Source: Candidatus Bathyarchaeota archaeon (lineage in GTDB: Archaea; Thermoproteota; Bathyarchaeia; 40CM-2-53-6). From it: 64,000 bases of DNA. Positions 28,525 to 38,231 of the stretch are shown here, piece after piece. Under the pieces are notes generated by a model. The model did not search any database. It was not told where the DNA came from and saw nothing but the letters and a program-made list of their open reading frames with translations. A program made the translations under genes and the position numbers. Each line of letters opens with the position of its first letter. Positions within the stretch are counted from its first letter, which is position 1. The stretch is from assembly GCA_963733055.1 (NCBI GenBank), contig CAVTBR010000001.1, positions 288,001 through 352,000 of the forward strand, given 5' to 3'.

Positions 28525-31419
28525 CTATTCTAAGAATATTGCAGGCCGATAGGGTTCGGCCATCTTCGCTCTTCCCTTCGGATCGTAAAGGGAAGCGTCT
28601 TCTTCACCGTGAACTTCAACGTTAGTCTTCAACTCCGCGCCGAAGAATCGCCTTGCCTCGGTGAATAAGCTTCGTTCCTCAACCTCCCCCACCTCCAATC
28701 TTCTCGCGCGTAGTTCGCTTGGCATCGTTTTGACTTGCTGTACGATTTTCGCCGCGAATTTTGGAAGGTCTTTCGTAGAAGCTACTTTGGCCGAAAGCAT
28801 GTCACGAATCAGCCCATCGAGAGTTTCTGGGTGTGAACTCGCTCGCGCCAGAGCCTCAGAGTACACTCGCCATTTCCATTCCGCAGCAACGTAATAGTGC
28901 ACCGTCTTCGGGCTCAGTTTTGTTGTAGCAATTATTTCCTGAGTATCCTGCAACGTTTGCCTGATCAGAACCTCTAGTTCATCGGAGCGTAGATCCACGT
29001 TGCCCTTCTCAAATTCCGGCCAGCCGGCGACGGCGACGAACCCTTCATGACCCGTCTTCTGCCAAACCTCTTCACTTAGGTGCGGGGCGAAGGGAGCCAA
29101 TAGTTGGATCCATTTCGAGATGAATGCGTCTACGGTCACGGAGTCAGGTATTGCGACCCGACGCTCGTACCATCTCAAATCGTTCCACATATCGTAAAGA
29201 GCGATTGATGTCGCTGTACGCGTTTTCAGCTTCGCAATGGCGTCAGCGATCAAACCTGCCTTCGCGTTGATTCTGCCCATCAACCAATTTTCTAGATGAC
29301 CATTCGCGGCTTGTTCCTTCGGCCTCCGGGCGATGTCTTCAATGAAACGTAGGAAACCTTCAAGCCTGCCCTTTACGTCTCGAACGTTCTCGGCTCGCCA
29401 GTCTGGGTCATCCATCCCCTCTGTGCCAAGGAGGACACCACACCGGACGGCGTCTGCTCCGAATTCCTCGCAAGCTTTCCACAGGGGGACAAAGTTGCCT
29501 TTAGATTTGTGAATGGTCCGCCCTTCCAACAGCATGAACCCGTTGACCCCAATAGCCTTCGGCCAATACCGCGGCTCGAAGAGCGCCACGTGATGGAAGA
29601 TGAAGAAGCTTAGATGATTGCCGACCAAATCTTTCCCTGAGTTGCGCAAGTCTACCGGGTACCAGTAGAGAAATTCGCTCCGAATCTCCTCCATTAGCTT
29701 CCGTTCTATTCCGGCGGTCTTAGCGACTTCATCCGGATTGCCGGTGCCATAGTAAATGAAATCGAAAACTTGGGGCGGCAATTGTGAAGCGTTGACTTTG
29801 CCCGCGTTGACGAACTTGCTTACCATGTAGTATGCCATGTAAATGGTTGAGTCGCTAAGCGTTTCAACGATCCAATCGGGGCTCCATGGGAGTGGAGTGC
29901 CTAGGCCGGTTCTGCGGGCACATGGCCAATCTTGCAGCCAATCGATAATTCCGTTGAACCATGCCCTAGCTTCCTCGGGGTAGAAGGACATTTGAGCAAT
30001 CGCTTGATGCGCGAGCTTCTTCCAGTCAGGGTCTGAATATTTGAGAAACCACTGATCTTGTATTATCTTGGCTACGCATTCGGTTGTGCACCTGCACACC
30101 ACCCGTTGCGGCAGTTCATACATCACATCTGCGATTCGCTTGCGTCTGAAATCTGCCACCAAGCCCTCCTTAACATCTGCAACTCTCTGCTTCGAGTATT
30201 CGCCGCAATTGTCTCTCATTATGCCGCTGTGAAATTCTGCTTTGTAAATTTCCTTCGTAGCTTCTTCAGCCAACGGATCCGTCTGGTTACGAATTCCCAT
30301 CCGATCAACGATCTCCATTGCCGGAAATTCTCCGTATCCCTCCACCGAGATTACTGAAATTGGTTGGATTCGCGCCAACTCAGTTGTAGTGATGGGGTAT
30401 CTCGATACAGTGTCCGGATTCTTTTGCACGTCTCTCAGTGCCAGTAGGTCGAAGGGTGCGTGCGCGGGGACGCTGTAAACCAACCCCGTGGCATGATTGG
30501 TCTTGACAAATTCTCCCGGTAGTATCAGTAGCGGTCGGTTTTGAATTGGATCCGTACACGTTTTCCCGATTAGTTCCGCGCCTTTCAAGCTTCTGATGAT
30601 GTTGACTTGCTTGAACTGATTTTGTAATTTTCCGGCCGCTGCTTGGCTTACGATCCATTTTTCTCCGTTGACATCAGCCTCTACATATTCGCCATCTGGG
30701 TTGATCCATAGATTCGTAACGCCATAGATCGTCTCAGGCCTGAAAGTTGCGCACGGTAGGAGTAGGTTCCCCATTTTGAATTTTACTAGCGTGAACTCCT
30801 CGGGCCGAACGCCTTCCCCTTCTAAACGATCGGCGTCACCGGTTGGGCTCTGATCCTTGGGGCACCAAACTACGGGATGCGTGCCTTTTGTAACGTAACC
30901 TTTCTCGCGCAAGCGCAAATATTGCCATGTGACGAACTTGCTGAACTCCGCGTTTAGAGAGCTCGTATGAAATTCACGCCGCCAATCTACGGAAGTTCCG
31001 AATCGTTTTATGGCGTCTCGGTTCACGTCGGTGTAGTATTGTGCCATATAGACGGGGTCAACGAATTTTCTAATCTCCGCTTCAGGGACCTCGTCGACCT
31101 CTCTGATGGGGCGTATGAATTCCTCGTCCCCGTTCTTGATGCGTTCAGCTGCGCCCGCAACGGTCTTCCCCGTCCAATGCCATGCCCAAGGGAAGAGGAC
31201 ATTGAACCCGCGCATTCGCATGTATCTAGCGTAGACATCGATTCTGGCTGCGGTGAAGCCGTTACCGACGTGTAACGGTCCACTCATGTAGGGGAAGGGA
31301 TAAGTTACGAAACACTTTTCACGTTTCGGGTCTGGATCGGCTTCGAAGATCCTGGCTTTTTCCCATTCCTTTTGCCATTTTCCATCTATCTCAGCCCAAT
31401 CCACTTCCACGATGATCAC
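28525..31419 (-). CDS. leuS: Leucine--tRNA ligase (archaeal type)
   Basis: PYMSGPLHVG, TFRPET, SVPAHAPFD, GKDLVGNHL, IHKSKGN. Confidence 0.97.
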   Translation of the reverse strand: MIIVEVDWAEIDGKWQKEWEKARIFEADPDPKREKCFVTYPFPYMSGPLHVGNGFTAARIDVYARYMRMRGFNVLFPWAWHWTGKTVAGAAERIKNGDEEFIRPIREVDEVPEAEIRKFVDPVYMAQYYTDVNRDAIKRFGTSVDWRREFHTSSLNAEFSKFVTWQYLRLREKGYVTKGTHPVVWCPKDQSPTGDADRLEGEGVRPEEFTLVKFKMGNLLLPCATFRPETIYGVTNLWINPDGEYVEADVNGEKWIVSQAAAGKLQNQFKQVNIIRSLKGAELIGKTCTDPIQNRPLLILPGEFVKTNHATGLVYSVPAHAPFDLLALRDVQKNPDTVSRYPITTTELARIQPISVISVEGYGEFPAMEIVDRMGIRNQTDPLAEEATKEIYKAEFHSGIMRDNCGEYSKQRVADVKEGLVADFRRKRIADVMYELPQRVVCRCTTECVAKIIQDQWFLKYSDPDWKKLAHQAIAQMSFYPEEARAWFNGIIDWLQDWPCARRTGLGTPLPWSPDWIVETLSDSTIYMAYYMVSKFVNAGKVNASQLPPQVFDFIYYGTGNPDEVAKTAGIERKLMEEIRSEFLYWYPVDLRNSGKDLVGNHLSFFIFHHVALFEPRYWPKAIGVNGFMLLEGRTIHKSKGNFVPLWKACEEFGADAVRCGVLLGTEGMDDPDWRAENVRDVKGRLEGFLRFIEDIARRPKEQAANGHLENWLMGRINAKAGLIADAIAKLKTRTATSIALYDMWNDLRWYERRVAIPDSVTVDAFISKWIQLLAPFAPHLSEEVWQKTGHEGFVAVAGWPEFEKGNVDLRSDELEVLIRQTLQDTQEIIATTKLSPKTVHYYVAAEWKWRVYSEALARASSHPETLDGLIRDMLSAKVASTKDLPKFAAKIVQQVKTMPSELRARRLEVGEVEERSLFTEARRFFGAELKTNVEVHGEEDASLYDPKGRAKMAEPYRPAIFLE

Positions 31420-34181
31420 TTCTTCAGCATTTCACTGACGGCCTTCTCGGAGTCTTTGAGGATAGAGTCTACCGCGCCTAGTTTTGTGCCGCCGCCTTGA
31501 CCGAAGTTGTCTTTACCGCCTCCACCTCCGCCTACTAGGCCGGCCAGCTTCGCAGCTAACTTCCCCGCGTGTACGCCATGCGCAATGGCGCCCTTTCCCG
31601 CACCGACCAGGACTCTCACTGAGTCTTTCGATAAGACTAGTATGACGACGGAGCTTGGATCCTTTTGGATGATTTCGTTGTTGAGTATAACTAGGTCGTT
31701 TTCTTCACCCGTCTCGTATTTCGTCGCAACTAGCTTGACCGGCCCAACCGTTCTTGCGGAAGCGGTGAGGCTTTGAGCCTCTTGCTTAGCCCAGACTTCC
31801 GCCAATCCTTCCAACCTTTTTTCTAATCGTGACTTTTCATCGACGAGTGTCTGCACGTACTTGTCGAGTTTTTCGATTGGTGCTTCGATTATCGTTGATA
31901 TTTCATTCAGTTTTCTTTCTTGTTCTTCAATGGCGCGTAGGGCTTGGGTTCCGGCAGCGAATATTATCCGCTCAACGCCGTCCTGAATGCGCTCCGTGCG
32001 AAGAATCTTGATGGTCCCGATCTGTCCCGTTCTGGTGCAGTGGGTTCCGCCGCATGCTTCTACGTCCCAGTCATCGATCTTTATGACGCGCAATTCGCGG
32101 CCTGGGACGACGCCGCCCTGGTAAAGCCGGAACCCGTATTGTTGCTCGGCCTTCTCCCTAGGCATCCACTCTGATTCAACGGGAATATCCTCCAGCGCAA
32201 TTTCTGTGGCCCGTCGCTCTATCTCTCTCGCCTGCTCATCAGTGATCTTCTCATAGTGCGAAATGTCGACGCGGCTTGATTCAACTCCTTTCTGCGCTCC
32301 AGCCTGCCACACGTGCTGTCCAAGAACTCTCCTCGCGGCTCCTAGTATCAGGTGTGTGCCTGTGTGGTGACGCATGAGGCTGATACGCCTCTCCCAATCA
32401 ATTGTACCCTGAACACTTTCGCCTACCTTCGGGGGTTTTCCGTCAAGTTGGTGAACAACAACGCGTCCGACTTTCTGCGTCCCAACTACCTTCACAGGGC
32501 CACTTGCGGTTCGGATTTCTCCTATGTCCCCCGGCTGGCCTCCACCTTCAGGGTAGAAGCAGGTTTGGTCTAGCACAATGAACTCCTTTTGCAGCGCCGC
32601 GAGTACTTTGCCTTGAAATTCCCGTTGGAATGGATCCTTATAGTAAAGTCGAACTGTTTCAGGAAGTTCATTGACCATATCCTTCAGCGAGGCCCCAACG
32701 TCTGATTCTTCATCTTCCTCAGAAGCGCGCTTTCCGGAGAGATGCTTTTGCAGGACCATGGCGTAGAAGTTGCCGGGAGGATTGACGGCGACTCCTAATG
32801 GTTCTGCGACTTCTCTAACGATGTCGGGAACCATCCCCTGTGAATCATACAATTCGACTAGGGAGTGAGAGGGGATTTCCTTCTGCCCTTTCGCTTTGAG
32901 GTCGATTGCAATTTTCTTTACTAGGTCAGCGCCGCGTTCCAGGGTTCGTTTATACTTTGTTTCCTCGGATTTGATTGCTTCCGCTATCTCACGCCTCATG
33001 CCTTTCAGTTGCTGGAAGTCGTCTCCCCAATAATCGACCTGCGCGTCCAATATCTCCGGCATTCTGTCTTCGATTCCAAGTTGTCGAAGCATTCGGTATG
33101 TGCGGCGAATCAGCAACCTTGTCAGATAACCCTCTTCCACATTCGACGGAACGACTCCTTCTGATAATAGAAAAGCGATCGCCTTTGTGTGGTCGGCTAC
33201 AGCCATTGCAGATTCGATTGGCACTATTCCCTTTTCGAGGTCACGCCAATCCATGCCAACGCTCTCAGCCTCTTTCTTGCGGGCATCGATTCGGCTGTCG
33301 CCCCGTTCGATGTTCATGTAACTTGAGTACGGAACAACCTTCGCAACCAACGCCTTATCGTACTTCACGCCCGCCAGGCTGAAGATCTTGTCCAACACCG
33401 GGCCGTAGAGAACCTCAAAAGCGCTCGCCGTTCCTTGGCTCAGCCATGCCCATCGTTCGATCCCGTAACCGGTATCCACTGTTCGTATGGGCAGCTTCTG
33501 CAATTGATCGCCCCGCACCCTGTACTGCATGAAGACTAAGGTTGAAATTTCCAAGCCGGAGCAGAGACACTCCAAGTCGGGCCCAGCATTTCCGCCGCCG
33601 GACCAAAAATGCTCTTTGTAAGATATCGATTCGGATTTGAGACCGAACTCTTCCGTCGCTAGTCTATGGTGGTACCTTATGGTTTGATCCATCCAGTAAA
33701 TCTCCTTATCCGCGTAGTTGAAGGCGTGAGCGCCGCCCATCTCAAAGATCAACTCATGCCGTCCCAATGTGGGGCCGACGTTGTCAATGTCAGTGAAACG
33801 GATGGAGGGTTGGCTAACAACCAAGGGGTTTGCTGGTGGCGGAATGAGACCTTCTGTAACGTAGGGCTGGAAATCGTAGATCGATGCACCTACCAAGAAC
33901 ACGTCGTCCCTCCAGCGCGCCACGACGGGGTAAGGGTTGATTCTGGTGTGGCCGTTTTTCTCGAAGAATGATAGGAATAGTTCCCTCATATCATGAATTG
34001 AGTATGGCTTCTTTGCTGGTGGCTTGCCGATGAAGGAGTATTGTACGCACGGGCTGTCTCCGCAAAACCTCTCATCACTCTTTTGCGTCCAGAAGTAGCC
34101 TTTGCAGCATTCACACTGCTTACGTTCGAATCCGTTCTCTTTGAAGAACGGAACCGCAAATTCCTTCGCGCTAATTTCCAA
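31416..34181 (-). CDS. alaS: Alanine--tRNA ligase
   Basis: YPVVARWR, DTGYGIER, HHTGTH, ACGGTH, GGGGG DHHA1 tail. Confidence 0.97.
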   Translation of the reverse strand: MEISAKEFAVPFFKENGFERKQCECCKGYFWTQKSDERFCGDSPCVQYSFIGKPPAKKPYSIHDMRELFLSFFEKNGHTRINPYPVVARWRDDVFLVGASIYDFQPYVTEGLIPPPANPLVVSQPSIRFTDIDNVGPTLGRHELIFEMGGAHAFNYADKEIYWMDQTIRYHHRLATEEFGLKSESISYKEHFWSGGGNAGPDLECLCSGLEISTLVFMQYRVRGDQLQKLPIRTVDTGYGIERWAWLSQGTASAFEVLYGPVLDKIFSLAGVKYDKALVAKVVPYSSYMNIERGDSRIDARKKEAESVGMDWRDLEKGIVPIESAMAVADHTKAIAFLLSEGVVPSNVEEGYLTRLLIRRTYRMLRQLGIEDRMPEILDAQVDYWGDDFQQLKGMRREIAEAIKSEETKYKRTLERGADLVKKIAIDLKAKGQKEIPSHSLVELYDSQGMVPDIVREVAEPLGVAVNPPGNFYAMVLQKHLSGKRASEEDEESDVGASLKDMVNELPETVRLYYKDPFQREFQGKVLAALQKEFIVLDQTCFYPEGGGQPGDIGEIRTASGPVKVVGTQKVGRVVVHQLDGKPPKVGESVQGTIDWERRISLMRHHTGTHLILGAARRVLGQHVWQAGAQKGVESSRVDISHYEKITDEQAREIERRATEIALEDIPVESEWMPREKAEQQYGFRLYQGGVVPGRELRVIKIDDWDVEACGGTHCTRTGQIGTIKILRTERIQDGVERIIFAAGTQALRAIEEQERKLNEISTIIEAPIEKLDKYVQTLVDEKSRLEKRLEGLAEVWAKQEAQSLTASARTVGPVKLVATKYETGEENDLVILNNEIIQKDPSSVVILVLSKDSVRVLVGAGKGAIAHGVHAGKLAAKLAGLVGGGGGGKDNFGQGGGTKLGAVDSILKDSEKAVSEMLKK

Positions 34182-34635
34182 TAGCTACTCCTCTAACCAG
34201 GCAGAACAGAACGGCGCAACTGGGTTAGTAAGTTATTTGCCTCGTCCCTTTAGAAAGGCTTCGTGTCTGGTCGAGTGCGGTCGATTATGATTCTCGGCTT
34301 CGTCTGTTAGGTCGTGAAAACCCTCGGGCTTCTGATTCCTGTGCTGGGCTTCCTTGCTTCCCACACCAGGGCTGATGGAGATCGTACAGTCGCCTGCCTT
34401 CTTCGTCATTGGTAAATTTGGCACCACACCTACACACGGTATACTCCTCGGACAAGTCTCAACTCAGCTCTCACCCATTATTATCGAACGACTAAGGTAT
34501 AATCGTTGAACTCTTGCTCAGCCGAGCAACACTCGGAAAAACTCGCGCCCCATTACATTCACCCACCGGTATCCTCGACCCTCTGCGCCGTCCCCATAAC
34601 GAGCTCAAGGCAAAGCTGGTTCACGTGGAAGCCCC

Positions 34636-36132
34636 GTGCTGTCAAGCGCATCCGTGCCATGCCAAGTTAACGTGACAAAATCCAGCAGCAAACTTGGAAT
34701 AACAATTCCGCATTTCTCCCAAAGCAATCCTGCAAGGCAGGTTGTCCGGCTCACGGTGGCAAACGAAGCAACCCAAGCAAGCTTCCTCGCCCTAGCCGCA
34801 CCATGGGTCACAATCCCCACAAGCATCTGCACAAAACTGAACATCTCCTACGATCAGACAATCTCGATTCTCGAGATCAGACCAGTCCAACCGCACACTC
34901 GTCCCCCCTTCAAAACCGAGGGGGACAAGGTAGACATGCTCTCACTGATTCCGCCAACTTCCACCAACGGCTATCAATTGTACGTTGACGGATACGAGGA
35001 CAACGGAGAGCCGTGGCTTAGAATCTGGTACCACCATCCAAGAGGAGCCGCACGCCAAATAGAATTGAAGCGGTATGCTAATGCTGCAAGCCTTGGTGGT
35101 TTACTGGGACTACTTCAGGCCGAGGGCGAGAAGAAGTACGCCAGAGTTGTATTCAAGAATTCGGCCATCGCGGAACATGCTTATCTTGTCTCAGGGCTGG
35201 CGGAATTAGGTGTGCCTTTAGCGCTCATTCGCGGACGCTGCATTTTCAATCCGAGTAGGTCATCACTAGCAACTGCTTATGAATATGCTGAGCGATACAG
35301 AAACGCAACTAGGGTTACAATCGGACATTTCAGTGCGATTGACTCCATGAAGGGAGCTATTGCCGCGGATACTCTCGTGAGATCGAGTGTACTGGCAGCG
35401 GTACTCCTTTTCTCTATGAGCGAAGTTCGTCGAGGGGCATTCTGGAATAATTCACTTCGTCGCAATTTCCTTGCTAAGTTGCTTACTGGTGACGGATCGC
35501 TTGATGCAAGAAGAAGACCGCAGAGACTTGATGTCCGATTGACGATAGTCGACCGAGACATAGATGCTCTCCAAGATTATGCTGAGCTCCTCTCGCAAGA
35601 AGGCTTCAAGGCAAGTGTATATTCGGATCGAATCACCGTTCGCGCATATTGCACGTGGTTAAATCTTGTAAGACTCTATGAAATTGGTGCTTTCAGGAAT
35701 GGGAGAAACTGGATCAAATTACTATGCGCGATAAAGATCACAATCCTGGGAAGGGAGAATCGTGGATACAAGAGAATTCAAGAGCTATCGAGGTTGGACT
35801 CAATTACAAGCGACGATATCTCGGGAAAGTATGGGATTGGAAGACGCTCGGCAAACCTGTGGATAGGTACAATGCTTCGCAAAGAAATGTTAGAAAGACT
35901 GCTGACAAACCGAAACGACGGACGAAAGGAGTACGTAGTGGCTGCGAAGGGAAAGGCGCTAGCCGGAATCATCGAAGCGATCCAACGCGATTACGATGAG
36001 GTCAGCAAACAGAAAGGAACTGATGATCCCCACGTTATTCTTCAAGAAATGAAGTACAAAGGAAAACCTGGGCAGACAAAACAATTGCTCGCGAAGCCAG
36101 TTATTCGGGCGTCTTCCGCTGAAACGGCTTAA
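34636..36132 (+). CDS. Free-standing double-LAGLIDADG protein with C-terminal wHTH
   Basis: LLGLLQAEG and FLAKLLTGDG motifs; C-terminal ITSDDISGKYGIGRRSANLWI HTH; start uncertain. Confidence 0.75.
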   Translation: MLSSASVPCQVNVTKSSSKLGITIPHFSQSNPARQVVRLTVANEATQASFLALAAPWVTIPTSICTKLNISYDQTISILEIRPVQPHTRPPFKTEGDKVDMLSLIPPTSTNGYQLYVDGYEDNGEPWLRIWYHHPRGAARQIELKRYANAASLGGLLGLLQAEGEKKYARVVFKNSAIAEHAYLVSGLAELGVPLALIRGRCIFNPSRSSLATAYEYAERYRNATRVTIGHFSAIDSMKGAIAADTLVRSSVLAAVLLFSMSEVRRGAFWNNSLRRNFLAKLLTGDGSLDARRRPQRLDVRLTIVDRDIDALQDYAELLSQEGFKASVYSDRITVRAYCTWLNLVRLYEIGAFRNGRNWIKLLCAIKITILGRENRGYKRIQELSRLDSITSDDISGKYGIGRRSANLWIGTMLRKEMLERLLTNRNDGRKEYVVAAKGKALAGIIEAIQRDYDEVSKQKGTDDPHVILQEMKYKGKPGQTKQLLAKPVIRASSAETA

Positions 36133-36164
36133 TTTATAGCGTTTGAGCTAAAAGGAGCTCAAAA

Positions 36165-36461
36165 TCAACCGAACAGTGCTCCGAGCCCGGCTAATGCCTC
36201 TTCCGACTTCTTTTCTTCTTTCTTCTCTTCTTTCTTGCCTGCAGCGGCTGCTGCGGGTGCTGGTGCTGCTGCGGCTACTTGCATTGTTTGTGCGGCTTTG
36301 AGGGCGTCGTCGATTTTGATTTCGGAGAGTGCGGCGACTAGGGCTTTGACTCTTGGTTCGTCGACCTTGACTCCTGCTGCGGTTAGGACTTTCTTTACAC
36401 CGTCGTCAGTTACTTTGCCGCCTGCTGAGTGTAGCAGGAGTGCTGCGTAGACGTATTCCAT
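36165..36461 (-). CDS. rpl12: 50S ribosomal protein P1/L12
   Basis: [11 protein letters not shown] ... GLGALFG. Confidence 0.97.
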   Translation of the reverse strand: MEYVYAALLLHSAGGKVTDDGVKKVLTAAGVKVDEPRVKALVAALSEIKIDDALKAAQTMQVAAAAPAPAAAAAGKKEEKKEEKKSEEALAGLGALFG

Positions 36462-36513
36462 TTCTTTCACCGAATTTTAGCGGGATTCCTGTGCTTAGCC
36501 GAAGCCCCTCTTT

Positions 36514-37431
36514 TCAACCTTTTCCTTCAGCTGGCGGAGTTTCTGGGGTTTGTTGTGGCGTGATCGCTTCAGGTTTTACCGCTGAAATTGCTGATGAGAG
36601 TGCGCTCGCGTTGGAATATGCTCTCCGGATAATGAGGTCCGTGGTTTGTTTGGTGAAGAACCCTGCTTCAACGCTAACCTCGACCGCCTGCCGGTACGCC
36701 TTGGAGATGATCAGTGGCGCCGTCTCGGGTAGCATGAAGTTCGCTTCTACCGCGACTCCGATAGCCAAGCGTGCGGCTGATGAGATGTCAGCTTTCATTT
36801 TGTCGAGGTCGAAGGCGAGATCGTTCGGGCCGAGCAGTAAGCCGTTGTCGTATGCGTATGAAAGCGAGAGGCCGGCTTCCATTGGTTTCATACCAAGTTT
36901 CGAAAGCAGTGACGCGGTCTTAACCGGGATTACATCTCCCTTCGTAACAACAATGGTATCTTCAGCGACGAAGATGCTACCACCTTCAATCCGAGTTTTC
37001 ACCTTCGCTTCATTGAATTCGCTAATGACGGGCCCGGGCTGTATGCCGGTATTTCCGCCGGGGATCATTATGTCGCCTGTAGCGATGTCTCCCCCTTTGG
37101 CGGGGACCCTAACTTTGTTCTTGTTGAGGAAGATGATTAGTTCGAAGGGGTTCATTTGAGTAAAGATGAGCACTTTCGATCCGGTGAGGGAATCCGCGAA
37201 CTGGTTCACCTTCTCCTTCTGGCCAGCTGCTTTTTCAGCGGCTTTCCGCAGAATCGTATTCTTCGCTACTATGAGTTCGGCCTTGCCACGTAGTTTCTTT
37301 CTAATCTCCTGAATCTGAGACGAGCGTACTTTCTGTAGGTCGGCTACGGCGATGACTGAGTATTTGTTCAGTAGTTCGGTGAGGTCGTCGAAGATTTCCT
37401 TCTTCCAAACGGCGACCTGTTGGGTGAGCAT
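36514..37431 (-). CDS. rpl10: 50S ribosomal protein uL10/P0
   Basis: WKKE, AKNT, NPFEL, TGIQPGP. Confidence 0.96.
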   Translation of the reverse strand: MLTQQVAVWKKEIFDDLTELLNKYSVIAVADLQKVRSSQIQEIRKKLRGKAELIVAKNTILRKAAEKAAGQKEKVNQFADSLTGSKVLIFTQMNPFELIIFLNKNKVRVPAKGGDIATGDIMIPGGNTGIQPGPVISEFNEAKVKTRIEGGSIFVAEDTIVVTKGDVIPVKTASLLSKLGMKPMEAGLSLSYAYDNGLLLGPNDLAFDLDKMKADISSAARLAIGVAVEANFMLPETAPLIISKAYRQAVEVSVEAGFFTKQTTDLIIRRAYSNASALSSAISAVKPEAITPQQTPETPPAEGKG

Positions 37432-37437
37432 CGTTAA

Positions 37438-38094
37438 TCACTTTGTGAGGCTGATCTTTACCGGTTTGCTCATCGTTCCTTTGACGAGGATTTCGCCGAT
37501 GTTCTTGAAACCTCTCTCAAGCTTCTGCTCGATTCTTGAGACAACCGCCTGAATATTCTCCACAAGCTTCTCGTCGGGCATGGCCTCCGTTCCCACCCGA
37601 CACTGCAGGACGGGTTGCTCTCGCATACGCACACGGACCATCTTGCGGTGGTTTACGATCACTTGATCGACCGGTGCGTTAGGCGGGATGGGTGTGGGCA
37701 TCTTGCCCCTCGGGCCGAGGAACGACCCTAGCGCTCTTCCGACGAGTGGCATGAGAGGCGCTTCGGCGATGAAGAAGTCGTATTCCTGCGCCAACTTTCG
37801 TGCCCCCTTCTTGTCCTTGGCCAGGTTTTCAATCTCCTGCCTACCGACGAGCATATCAGCCCCAGCAGCTTTCGCCCGTGTCGCCAGGTCCCCGGAGGCG
37901 ATTACACAAACTTTCAAAGCTTTCTCAGGAGGATTGGGTAGTGGGATGGCTTCGTTGATACGGTTCTCGGGCTTCTTCAGGTCAACTTCGCGAAGTCGAA
38001 CGACTAGGTCGATGGATTGAGTGAATTTCTTCTTGGTTAGACCCTTTCGTAACTCACCGAGTGCCCTAGATATTTCGTCCTTAGCAAGTGGCAA
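37438..38094 (-). CDS. rpl1: 50S ribosomal protein uL1
   Basis: KFTQSIDL, LGPRGKMP, TMSKP. Confidence 0.97.
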   Translation of the reverse strand: MPLAKDEISRALGELRKGLTKKKFTQSIDLVVRLREVDLKKPENRINEAIPLPNPPEKALKVCVIASGDLATRAKAAGADMLVGRQEIENLAKDKKGARKLAQEYDFFIAEAPLMPLVGRALGSFLGPRGKMPTPIPPNAPVDQVIVNHRKMVRVRMREQPVLQCRVGTEAMPDEKLVENIQAVVSRIEQKLERGFKNIGEILVKGTMSKPVKISLTK

Positions 38095-38171
38095 CGATTA
38101 GACCATCTAGACAATTTTCTGACTCACGATTTCCCCTGACCCATAAAAACGTTTCAGATTGAAACGGAGAG

Positions 38172-38200
38172 GAGGCCGACCCTTTTGTTGGACGGCCTCT
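38172..38200 (-). terminator. GC-rich hairpin downstream of the APC permease
   Basis: GAGGCCG...CGGCCTC inverted repeat between the permease stop and the rpl1 promoter. Confidence 0.4.
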
Positions 38201-38231
38201 ACGATTCTAGTCGAATTTCCGTTGTTTGGGC

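Noticed and set aside
34233-34427. Leader peptide or small gene upstream of alaS
   Set aside because: No recognisable motif or Ala enrichment; cannot be supported
36440-37159. Long antisense ORFs over ribosomal and other genes
   Set aside because: Shadow ORFs of well-supported genes with no motifs
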